From Octopus sinensis (lineage: Eukaryota), in contig NC_043001.1 in assembly GCF_006345805.1 (NCBI RefSeq), positions 119,784,001 to 119,848,000 of the forward strand: a stretch of 64,000 nucleotides of DNA, in the 5' to 3' direction. Shown here piece after piece: positions 52,088 to 64,000 of the stretch; within the stretch, counting starts at the first letter, position 1; every line of letters begins with the position of its first letter. The notes under the pieces were generated by a model. That model made no database searches. It saw only the letters and a list, made by a program, of their open reading frames with translations, and had not been told where the DNA came from. The position numbers and the translations under genes were made by a program.

Positions 52088-54191
52088 GACTTTGAAAAAA
52101 TATAACTAAAAACATTTACATATATGAGACTTCATAGAAACTATAGATCAATAACAAAAAAAAATGAAGCAAAATAATAGAAATAAGAAATACAGCCCAG
52201 ATGTATTTCTTATGTCAAAAGTGTTTATTTTATCAAGCTTCTAATCATTATCAACCCATCATTATTATTGTTGATCCAAAGTTTGTTTAGCATCTTGGCA
52301 TAGAGTGAAAAACTTAATAAAAAAACCTTCTCTCCAGGCAACCTTATCTCTAGTCATGGTTAAGTCTTTGTTTTTGATCTAATGAAGCAGATTGGAAAAG
52401 ATAAAGTTTGAGGACATGAGTGCTGTGTGTAGGTGTGTATGTGAACATGACCTTGTGTGTGTGCATGTATATGTGTGTATATGTGCATGTGTTTGTGTAT
52501 GTGTGTGTAGTGAGAATATTCAACAGTCAGATCATTACACTTGATGTCACAATTCATTAGAATATTACCCATATGATAAAAAAATTGTGACCAATAATGA
52601 GTGTCTGGAACTGGCTCCAGCAACAGTTCCATCTTTATGCTCCTTTTTCTCTGAGCCTATCCAGCACTATGAATTCAGCACACCATAGCTACTTGATGGA
52701 GGGCACTGAGAGACACCAGGTGGAAGTAGACTGCTGCTGACTCAAACTGACAGCAGCTAAACAAAGATGAATGTCAACAGCAACACTGGCACCAGTTAAC
52801 CATTCTGTGACTGCTGCTGTAATTACACAAAGAACAATAACGTTCAAACTTCTTCAATTTTTTGTTGTCTGTGGTAGTGACAGCATTTGTTTATTTTGCA
52901 GTTTTATCTTCATACAAATGGTGATCCAAACACTTGAAGAATATTTCACATCTTCAAATATACGGTACATATGTATGTATAACTTTAATTTTTTACATGT
53001 TTTGGTCAGTGAACTGCAGTCACCCTGGGACACTGCCTTGATGAGCAAATTGAACCCATTACTTATGTTTCATTTTAAGTCTAGCATTTCTATCAAACAC
53101 TTTTGCTGACCCACGAAGTTATAGGGACATAAACAAACCAACAGTTGTCAAGTAGTGGTAGAATGTGACAAAAACAAATACAAAAGCACTCACATTTATA
53201 TGCATAAGCATGTGTATGTGTGTGTATACATGTGTATGATGAGCTTCCACACAGTTTCAGCCCACCAAATTCACCAAATTCACTCACAAGGCATCGGTCA
53301 GCTTGGAGCTATGCAGTAGAAGACATTTGCCCAAAGTGAGTTTCTTAACCAAAGACACATTTTCACACACAAGCAGAATTTCTATAGCCAGATGCCCTTC
53401 TTGTGTCCAACTCTCACCTATTTCTCAGTAAGGTAATATCATCTCATGATGAGAGAGAAGATTGAAAACAAGACACCACTTGCATGACAGTGATGCTCAT
53501 TTACAACTACCACATAATATCAAAACAAAGAAACAAACACAGGTGCGCACACACACATACACATATGACAAGTTTCTTTTAGATTCCATCTACCACATAT
53601 ATTCACAAGGCTTTGGTCAACCTAGAGATGTAGTAGAAGACACTCACCCAAGGTACCATGCAATCAGATTAAACCCTAAACTGTGTGGTAGGGAAACAAT
53701 TTTCTCAACTGAACATACATGCCTGCACCTGAAAGCCATGCCAGCACACCATTATCATTCAACATTCACTTTGCATGCTTGCATGGATCAGATGGAATTA
53801 CGCAGATTTTTCTACAACTGGATCTCTTCCTGTTACCAACTCTTACCTGTTTTCAAGTGAGGTATTATTTTCCTGTGGCAGATATGTTTTGCACTGGAGA
53901 CTGGAAACAAGGGATATTGCTTGTGTGGCAATATTGGTCATTTACAACCATCATTTGATGTTCAAACAAGGATACGCACATACAAACACAGATATATTGG
54001 TATCACATGTTTGTATGAGCATATGGACAGAGAAAGGTGATGAAGAAAACTTAAATACTAAAATGGATTTCTATTGGTAAACTCCTAATTATAAAAAAAT
54101 ATATAATCAAATAAATATAAGTTCTTGCTATACATATTCTTACATACAAATGCACAGACATCTCAAAGGTAGACACATCTCATATATATAT

Positions 54192-54486
54192 ATCACGTGA
54201 TCATGTGACCGACCAGTCCATCAGATGTAGTTACACATTACTGGTCACAATGCGTTTGCATTGTTTTAGCCTTTGAATGATGCCACCCCGCTGGCTAAGC
54301 GAGCAGGCCAACAGAAGAAAGAGTGGTGAAAGAGTACAGCAAGGATCACCACCCCCTGCCGGAGCCTCGTGGAGCTTTTAGGTGTTTTAGCTCAATAAAC
54401 ACTCACAACGCCCGGTCTGGGAATCGAAACCGCGATCCTACGACCGCGAGTCCGCTGCCCTAACCACTGGGCCATTGCGCCTCCAC
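54192..54486 (-). mobile_element. Young full-length tRNA-derived SINE with RTE-like tail
   Basis: Minus strand: gtggaggcgcaaTGGCCCAGTGGttagggcagcggactcgcggtcgtaggatcgcGGTTTCGATTCCc. The tail is ctggtcggtcacatgatcacgtga. CpG-rich and flanked by (TA)n. Confidence 0.88.
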
Positions 54487-54866
54487 ATATATATATATAT
54501 GTTAAAATTTTAAATTAAAAAATAAAAAATTTACATGTTGGCTGTGTCCCTAGTTGTAGGCTGATAAAGCACAATCACTGCCTATGGCCACCTGGTGCTA
54601 CGCATGGTAATTTCACACTCTTTGTTGAATCTATCTCAGGAATTCTTCAGCATATGTTGAGTATAATGGAAACGAGAGATGTGATGCTTCTGCACCATGG
54701 GATGCACCGAAATTAATCATAGTTTCCCATCGATGAGGAAATAATGCAGGAGGTGTCAAAATGATGTTTGTGGTCAATAAAGTTTCTTATATATTACATT
54801 TTCCATCTCAATCATTTCTGTAATATATATATACACACACATATATATATATAACACACATTTTAT

Positions 54867-55052
54867 TTGTAGATTAACAAGGCAACCAATGGTTTCATGT
54901 AAAGAGATCTTCACAACTGTTTGAGTCTGCCACATGAAAGTGTTGGTATTCATTTCCATTTAGGAGGCAAGTACCAACACTTTCATGTAGCAGGCTCGAA
55001 CAATTGTGAAGATCACTTCAAGTGAAACAATTGGTTGCCTTGTTAACCCACA
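54867..55052. repeat. Fold-back repeat with weak hammerhead relic
   Basis: ttaacaaggcaaccaat..tcttcacaa.. / ..ttgtgaagatcac..gaaacaattggttgccttgttaa. Confidence 0.7.
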
Positions 55053-55419
55053 ACTAAAGAACATTTATCCACCAATAGAGTTGAGCACTCACTCTCACTG
55101 TTCATATTGTGTGTGTGCATAGATGTGTAGATAGCTTGATTGCATATATATGTGTGTGTGTGTGTTTATTTCTTCTATCAGTCATCAACAACAGCACATA
55201 TTACAGCTATCATGTGTCAAATAATTGCCATAACCACCACACCTATTAACGCACGAAATGCTGCTGTTGATGAGTTACTTCAGCCAAGTCAAGAAACAAA
55301 GTAGATTAGACAATTCAGTTGACCACTATGATCCCACCCTTACCATTCACACACAGCAGAGCAAACTCCAAGGAGTGCAGAGTAACTATCGCTATGATGA
55401 CAAATACCTGCCCCGATAC

Positions 55420-58400
55420 GGATGCTGAATTTTAGCACAGACCCTCAGTGCTCAACTGGTACTTATTTGAGCGTAAAAAGTTGAAAGGTAAAGTTGGTTC
55501 AGAATGCATTTTTTTTCAGCATTTTAATGATTCTGCCAGCTCACCTCCTTACTAATAAAAGTAATAATAATTTTTTTTTCAAAGTTATGCACAAAGCCAG
55601 CAATTTCAGTACATGGGGTTTAGTCACAAAGCACTTGACATGTACTTATTGAGCTCAAGAGATGAAAAGCAAAGTTGGCCTTAGAAGAATTTGAACTCAG
55701 AATGTAAAGAGCTGGAATAATTACAATAATGGTTTCTAATTTAGATATAAGGCCAGTAAATTTTGAGGGATCAGGCATTAGTCAATGTTTAACTGGTATT
55801 TTATTTTATTGAACCCCAAAAGGATGAATGGCAAAGCCACCTTGGTGAGACTTGAGTTTAGAATGTAAAGAGCAAGAATAAATATTGCAAGGTATTTTTT
55901 CCAAAGCTCCAATGATTCTGCTAATTTAACAAAGACATCATATTTGTTCCTAATTTTAACACAAGGCCAACAATTTTGGAGGAGAGTCTCTCATATCAAC
56001 TTCTATCCTAAACTGGCATTTTATTTTATCAACTTTGAAAGGATGAAAGGTAAAGTTGACCTTATTCAGAACTTGAACTCAACAGTATCATGACAAATAT
56101 TGCAAGGCATTTCTCTCATTTATTTATAATTCTGCCAATCCACCACCTAAAAATTCTTTCTACTATAGGTACAAGGCCTAAAATTTTGTGGGAATGGGGT
56201 AGTTGGTTACACGAACCCCAGTGTTCAACTGGTACTTATTTTATTGATCACCAAAAGAATGAAAGGCAAATTTTTGGCACAAGGTCAGCAATTTTGAGAG
56301 AAAGGGAAGTCAACTAGATTCCCCCCAGTACTTGACTGGTACTTTATTTTATCGATTCTAGAGGGATGAAAGGCAAAACTGACCTTGGTAGGTATTGAAC
56401 TCAGAATGTAAAGAACTAGCTGAAATGCTGCTGAACAGTTTATCTGATGGGCTAATTACTCTGCCAGCTTGATACCTAAAAGAATATTAACGATGATGAT
56501 GAACATCCTTATGCAGACATGTCAATCTTGTCTCTTTCAACAGTAAAAACACAAACAACTTATATCAAGAAACCATCGCTGCACCAGTCTCCACTTCATC
56601 AGTACAAAACTAGAGCCTTCATAATCATTTCAAATGTTGGGCCTCACTATCACAAAAGATCTGACCAGGTCCTTTGTGTACATCCTTAACATAGCTCAGA
56701 CCATATCCTAAAGACAGGCCTCACTTTTCTATAAGGCCAGGCAATATATCAACACATAATAATTACTTACACTCTACATAGTTCAGGTGGGGCTCATAAT
56801 GAAGTATTATTACTTTCACATGTGGATCAGTGCTACTGCTCCACACACAGGCATCTTAGACCAGACCTTATTTAAGAAAAAGCCCCTTAACTGACTAGGA
56901 ATAGTGATAAAAAAGTTGCCCTAGTAATAATATCAATAATAAATATGAAGAGAAAGAAATTTTATAAAACTGTTTCATTACTTCAATATATTATTTAATA
57001 AAAAAAACGTTCAAATTTTACTCCAGCATTTGCTTATATGAAACGCCAAATACAAATACATTATTTTATTTTATTTTTAAAAATCTGCTAAAAAAATTAC
57101 ACAATTTCATCTCAACTGAATTTGAATAGTCTCCACCTTGAAGTGAAGTTTGCACTCTATTCAACTAGTTGTATTCTACAACTATCATTTATTTCAATGA
57201 TTACAGAAGTCCAGTCTTGAATACATTTTTCAAAACATTTCTCCATCAACATTTTGTACCTTAAAATCTCAGCTGAAGAAGAAAAAATGTCATGTTAATT
57301 TACTGAAAAACATTTAAAACATTTAATTAAATACCTTGTACTTTTTAATTTCATCAACCAGGGAGTAATTGGCTGTTTTTCCTTCTTATAGAGTTATTAA
57401 AATAAAGTACCAGTCACATAAGTGATTTAAATCCTGCTCTTTCCCATAAATTTTGTGGCCTTGAGCCTATGTTAGACGGCATTATTTACTCTTATCTCTC
57501 TAAATTATAAATTTCAAATCTTCTAGGGTGGGCTTTGCACTTTGCTTTTCTCCCACTGGAACCTGAAGAAACAAAAGTAAATACTCTACATTTAAATCTA
57601 ATGCCATACAGTATGAGACTCTAGGCACAAAGATACAAATTTGTTGTTATACTGACACTCCATATTTGAAAGGTAAATTATTTCATAAGCCCTGGCCGGA
57701 TAAAAGGGTCAGTTAACTTGATGGGAATGTAAAGGGACATAACTAAATACAGCAAGGAATCTTGATCAGTCAATTCAGCCATTAGCTGCCTGTCCTTGTA
57801 CCTATGTTTCTAACATAGGTACAAGAACAGAAACTTGGGGTAGAGGGTTAGTGGATTACGTAAACTTCAGTACTTAACTGGTACTTGATTTGTCGTCCTT
57901 GGAGGAATGGAAAACAAAGCTGACTTGAGTAAGATTTGAATCCAAAATGTAAACAAAATGCAGCGTTTGAAGATATACAATAAGGCATTTTGTCCAACAA
58001 TTTTGCTAATCCACCACTCTTTTTAATAATTTCAAATTTAAGCAGAAAGCCTGCTATCTGACATCAGGGAGCTAATTGATTAAATTGACCCTGTACTAGA
58101 CTGGTACTTTATTTTATCAATCACCTGGGGAATGAATGGCAAAGTTGACCTCAGCAAGGTTTGAACTCAGACTACAAAGAGCTGAAAGAAATACAGCAAC
58201 GGTTTTTGTTTCACACTTTAGCAATTCTACAAATTCAAGCTTTTTATAATAATGATTTATTACATTAGCAGAAAGCCAGATAATTGTTGGGGATGGAAAG
58301 GGTGAATGTGTTTAACCTGCTAACGTGACCCAAGTGGGTTTGAACTTAAAATTTAGTGGAAGAGAACAAAGTAAATGTTAACGGTAATCAGTCCGATCGT

Positions 58401-58920
58401 TTTTCCTAGTAATAATCATTTCTAACATAGGCAGGGACACAGCCATAAATTTAAGAGGTAGGGGTTAGACAATTAAATTTACTTGACGGTACTTATTTCA
58501 TTGATCTGAGAAGGATGAGTAGCAGATTTGACTTCAGCAGGAATTGAACTCAGAACACAAAGAGTGAAACAAATATTGCAAGCATTTTGTTCAATGCCAT
58601 TCCCCTGCAACTTTTTCCATTTTTAATTATTTAAGAAAACATTATTATCATTTCCATTATCATCATCATCATCATCATAATAATAATAATAATACAAATA
58701 ATGGTTCTGTACACTGGCAGAGGATCACAGACTTTTGGAGGAGAGTAGAATTGAGTGAACTGACCCACCCACATTCTTGCTTTGTAATTATTTCATCAAT
58801 CCTGGAAGAATAAACTACAAAGTCAAATCCAGTATGACTTAAAATTAGAATATAAATGAATGTAATTAAATAATGCAACATATCTTGTCCAGCACTTCAC
58901 CAATTTTGTCATCCCAAAAT
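55420..58920 (-). repeat. Two head-to-tail clusters of degenerate Meta-like SINE units (about 200 bp)
   Basis: aactggtact..ggatgaaaggcaaagttgacct..tttgaactcagaatgtaaag recurs near 55455, 55640, 55790, 56010, 56228, 56335, 57680, 57877, 58100, 58488 and 58790. Confidence 0.8.
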
Positions 58921-60849
58921 ACTTATTTTTTCTGACACCCACTTTCAACCATGAAATATAGATCAATACAAAATCAATAATAAAAAAAACAATTTAGAAA
59001 GTGTCTGACTACCGTAACATATTCTCATTAAAAGTGCTTCTCTTTTTTTTTTTCTTTATTGTCAGTATACTTTATATACATAGAAGACAATTTGAGAGAG
59101 TAAAGAGCAAAAAAGAAAAAACTTATATATAAAATAACTAGATCTACTACTTATGAAATGATTTATTTGGCATAAAACCAAATATTGAAAGGAATAAAGT
59201 ATAGTTAATTCCTGTATACTATCAGAGCTGTTTTGTTGACTTGAAGGGATAAAAATGAAAAGTCAGAGTTTACTTTGTTGTAATCTGAACTTGGAACTGT
59301 GAAAGATGAAACTTAAGTAGAGTACGTCCTGCATTTTAGTCTGTCCTCTTTTTGCCTCAGCCATCTTCACTTCATTTACTGCTGATCAAATAAGGAAAGA
59401 TTTATGGAATTGGTTTGAGTCTTGCAAGATGTTGCTTCAACATGTCTAATGATGACCAGTCAAAGGACTTTATTTATCCACTCAAATAAACATGAAATTT
59501 TAACTTCAATCCTTGAAGTGCAAACTTAAAACATAAAATATGCAACTGTGCAACTAAGCCCCAATCCCTAAAATTACTGGTCTTGTGCCATAATTTGAAA
59601 CCATTATTATTATTATTATTAGTTCAATACAATTTGTTGTAACATCATTATTAGCTCTGTAAGAGTGATACAGATGGCAACGCACTGATCTGTAATAAAT
59701 TTCGTTGATAAATGATTGAGTTCAAATTCAGCCAATCAGCATTGAGATTGCATTTTATCCCACTGTTTCTGGAAATATTTACTATAATAGACAACAACTG
59801 CTCCAACACATCATCATCGTTTAACGTCCGTTTTCCATGCTAGCATGGGTTGGATGGGTTTGACTGAGGGCTGGCAACCAGATGGCTGCACCAGGCTCCA
59901 GTCTTGATCTGGCAGAGTTTCTACAGCTGGATGCCCTTCCTAACACCAACCACTCCGAGAGTGTATATGTATATGTTACGCAATAGAAATTCATATAGGG
60001 TCAAGGAGTTACCAACTGACCAGAGCATGCCAAAACCCAAGTAGTGAAGAAGACAAAGACGACGACAACAAAAGGACTTTTCACTTAGTATATAGGATTA
60101 AATAGGAATTTAGAAATATTTTGCAGACTAAATAAATCAATCTTTACCACTTATAAAATAATGAAAGATTAAATATTTGGAAATATTTCACAGGGTAAAT
60201 ATATATCAACCATATTTTGGAATTTTGTTGATTTGCTTTTTTAAATTACAAATTCTCAAATCAATATAAAATGTAATACAAATTTTTTAAAAAAAGACAT
60301 TTCTTAAATATCATTTTATACCATCCATCACCACCACAACCAAAAAAAAAAAACTAAAACATTTATTTCAAATTTATATATAAAAATCAGTTACAAATTG
60401 TGTGTGTTTTTTTTAATGAAATTTCAAACCTCATCATCTTTTACATCAATCATACAACATACCTCTTGTCAATCAAACAAAATTTATCAAATGTTCAATA
60501 ATTATATTGAATCAAGGATTATCAAAGGTTCAATAATTATAAATAGAAATTTCTTTTTTCAATAAAAAAAATGGAAGAAAAACATTGAAAATACAAAAAA
60601 TATATTTTACTAACTCCATTTTATGGAGGAAAGACAGAGAAAAGGGCATAAAGAACATGGTATGTTAATTAAAAATGCCTTATGAGCTGGGAAGAGGAGG
60701 AGAATATACAAGATTTTGTCAATTAATTATTCTCTCAGTTATGGTTCTTGCTGTTTTTTTTTTTACTTTTATATTTATTTTTTAATTTCTTTCCTTTGAA
60801 TAGCACTTTGTTACCAATATGAGGTTCAATGGTTACTTCATCAACCGAC

Positions 60850-61014
60850 TCAGTTAACTGCAGATGAATCTGAAGTGGGTCTGATCATTCGCTTTGGTCC
60901 TCGATTTGAAGGGCCTTTTGGTTTAGCAAATGCTTGCCGAGCAATATTTTTCTTTGGATGAAGTTCATCCTGCAGGAACTCCTCAGTTAATTCAGCACCC
61001 TCAGAAATTTCAAC
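60850..61014 (-). CDS. Terminal coding exon of an unidentified host gene
   Basis: Strong acceptor (T-rich tract, ccttctAG at 61016-61015), then the open frame VEISEGAELTEEFLQDELHPKKNIARQAFAKPKGPSNRGPKRMIRPTSDSSAVN* and an AT-rich UTR with AATAAA. No upstream exon was recognised in the window. Confidence 0.7.
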   Translation of the reverse strand, partial: VEISEGAELTEEFLQDELHPKKNIARQAFAKPKGPSNRGPKRMIRPTSDSSAVN

Positions 61015-61982
61015 CTAGAAGGAAAAAAAAAAGTACTTTAAAACATAAGATAAAGTAAAAACAAAAGTTGCTCAGCTCCTGATCAGCCCTGATCAAGCAA
61101 GCTTATGTTCAAGCAGTGAGTATCCCATCTTTCTGTATATATATATATAGGACTATTTATATAATTCAGAACATTTAAGTCCCACAGTGTGTGTGTGTGC
61201 GTGTATGTGTATGCACATGCACACACATACACTCAAAAAGGCATAGAGAAAGAGGAGATAACAAGCTTGTGTGCTGGACATTGGAGTGTGTTCAATGATT
61301 TCATGCAAATCATTTGACTGAGTTTTGGAGAGATGTGTGCAAGTGTTGCAATAGTAATGTCCTACATGTAGGTGTTGTACTCCATTGGGAGCCTCACCTG
61401 AGCTTTGTAAAACATTGGCAGCGACTAAGGGGCTCAAGCATCTTCTGGTCTTGTAAAGGATAACCCGTGTTTGTCATCCATGTGTTTCTTTCCCTCTTTT
61501 TTTAGTGCTTTAACACAGAAGAGCAAATCTGGCTACCATTTCCAGCAGATCTGCCAACTGTGTAAAGTTTTAATACCTTGATATTTAAATCAATAATATC
61601 AGGCAGTCATAAATAACACTGCTTGTTAAAAACTAGACATAATTAGCTCCAACAAAGATGCATTTAACAGCAGGAACCCTACAACCAAGAAATAAGGCAG
61701 AAACTCATGGAGTGTCTTACAGTTATTATTGCATCAGTTTTATATGAATTCAATATCGTTTAACATCATTAATAGAGGAAAGAGAAACTTAAAACAAATA
61801 TTCTACTCAACATGCATCATCTATATATAATACTAAAAATGTTTAAATTTATATCTGTCTACCCATGTGATATACCTGTTTTACAGGGATAGATGATCAT
61901 AGATCTCCACACCAAAGCCTGAAAATTAATGATTTTTCTTGGGAAATAAACAAAGAATGATAATACTAAGACATTCTTAGTA

Positions 61983-63244
61983 TGAGGTGGTATCATAAAG
62001 TTGCCAGACTAGTTATATTTAATAAAAAAATCAACTTATTTACCTAATTTTAAACATCATCTCCTTTGAAATAGTCACCTGGTGCAGTAATAGACCAGTC
62101 CCAGCATTCCTACCACTTTTGGAATCGAGCCTGTAAGTCGTTTCCCAGAAGTGAGTTTAGGACCTTCTGCAAATCACTCTTGATCTCAACAATGATGTTA
62201 AAACAGTAACCTTTGAGCTGCATTTTTTATCTTGGGGAAGAGATGGAAATCGGCAGAGTGGGTGCAGAAGTGATACCATGTTGTTTTTGGTAAGAAATTC
62301 ATAAGTGAGCAGAGCTTGGTGACAGGGTGGTACATTGTCATCATGAAGAATCCAATTCTTCACACTCCACAGATCCAGTCGCTTTGCCAAATGACCCACC
62401 TTAAATGCTCCAAAATGTCGCAGTAGAACTCTCGATTGACAGTCTGACCCAGGGGAATGAATTCTCAATACTGCAGGTGTCGAAAAAAATGATGAGCATT
62501 CTCTGCAGCTCTGTCATGCCGTCTTCAGTCACAGAGATAAAGGGCTCTTCCATTGTGACAACTGCTGCTTCATCTCAGGGTCATACCCGTAGACCCAAGT
62601 CTTGTCACCGGTGATGATCCTTGACATGAAAGATGGGTCACCAGTGGCACTCTGACAGACTTCAGCGTGATGTTCTTTCTACGCAGTGGTCAGCAGGTGG
62701 GGTACAAACTTGGCAGAAATGTGTTGCATTTTTAATTCAGACATTAGGATTGCCTGCACAGACCCATATGATAGACCAAACAACATCAGTAATGTTGTTG
62801 ATTGCTCTCCGATGATCCTCATGCACAAACTGATGAATTTTCTCCACATTTCCAGAGGGGATGCTCATGGTAGGTATTCCAGGCACATTCTTCCTCTTTT
62901 GAAGTGCCCATGCCACTTGAAACATTGCATACAAACCAACGCTTCATCACTGTAAGCTTGCTGAAGCATGCTTAATGTCTCTGTTGCAGACTTTCAAAAT
63001 GTAATGCAAAATTTCATGTTGGCTCTTTATTCCAACTTCCTGTCCATGACAAAAATCACAGACAACAGCAGACACATGGGATCACAAAAACACGAATTTC
63101 ACAACTTGCAAAGTAATCACAACAATGCCACTCAGCACACTGCCTCATGAAGGTCACTGCTAGCTCTCACTGCACATGCCACTGTGTGCTGCCATCTGTT
63201 GGCATGCTACAGAACTAATCCAGGAACTTTTTTATACTACTTTG
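61983..63244 (-). mobile_element. Decayed full-length mariner DNA transposon (about 1.26 kb)
   Basis: TA-flanked imperfect TIRs (tgaggtggtatcataaagttgccagactag / ctaatccaggaacttttttatactactttg). Minus-strand transposase relics ITGDKTWVYGYDP and WILHDDNVPPCH. Confidence 0.88.
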
Positions 63245-64000
63245 TATCATCAAAAATAAAGATAAATAAAGACTCCATAATCTTCAACAGGGCACCAATG
63301 CTTAACTCTGGATTTAAATATGCCAGAGAAATGAACCTCTATTCTGTGGTGAGCTATTAGTCTATATCAGTTTTACATTCCTTCATAGATTAACTGCGGA
63401 AAGCTGGATTAAGTGCTTGGCCCAAAAAGATAAACAGTAGGTGAAAATCCACAACCTTTATGTAGCTAGTTCAGTATCTTATCTAGTTGGCCAATATTTT
63501 TTAAAATATATTAGTTTGATCTGGAGGGAGGGAATGTGCCCATGGCTTATAAGATCAATGCATTTAATGTTCTGTTTTCAATAGTCACAAGGTCATAGGT
63601 GAGGAGAGGATTTTCTAGAGATATACTGGGAAGAATGGACTGGGTATAGTAAATTAGTATTAAGGTTTATATATACATGGAGTGTATATAGAGCAGTGTA
63701 AGTCAAACAATAAGGTATTTGTTCATTCTTAATATGTTTTGGCAGATTAGAATGTGTCTGTCAGATTGTAGTATTTTTTCATGCCTGGAGATGGCTTCCT
63801 CTCTTTAGGCAATGTGTGTTCATCACACACGATTCATTGGTTCACCAGTGTAAGAGGACTCAGACATTATAGTATGTTGACCTCATGTGTCTCCACAGTT
63901 AAAGCCACCCTATGAGCTTTTGTTTATAGTAACCAGCAAGTAAGCTATTTGCTGATGCGTGTGAAAGTCTGCCAAACAGGTAATAATTCAAAGGATGCAT

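Noticed and set aside
54410-54486. Apparent tRNA gene
   Set aside because: It continues into a SINE body and tail, with no proper acceptor stem or terminator.
61820-61960. Possible Helitron 5' end (tctatatataata)
   Set aside because: No 3' hairpin or CTAG end was found.

Overview
AT-rich, repeat-dense eukaryotic DNA. The SINE/LINE inventory suggests a coleoid cephalopod such as Octopus (inference). Almost all ORFs in the supplied track are microsatellite artefacts. The only convincing host coding sequence is a minus-strand terminal exon at 60850-61014. The rest is (TA)n and other microsatellites, several tRNA-derived SINE families, RTE and CR1-group LINE fragments, a decayed mariner, a non-autonomous Helitron and MITEs. 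The main hidden signal is a dense set of fold-back (inverted-repeat) inserts sitting in (TA)n tracts. Most contain a type I hammerhead-ribozyme fold (CUGANGA, stem II, GAAAC, short stem III, NUH, closed by stem I). One 1.35-kb palindrome also encodes the C-terminus of a Penelope-type GIY-YIG endonuclease, and a second Penelope ORF relic lies at 32590-33900. This points to Penelope-like retroelements and non-autonomous, retrozyme-like derivatives, including one insert with a tRNA-like Pol III head fused to a hammerhead-bearing tail. Ribozyme folds were paired by eye and none is experimentally tested. Coordinates of degenerate repeats are approximate.
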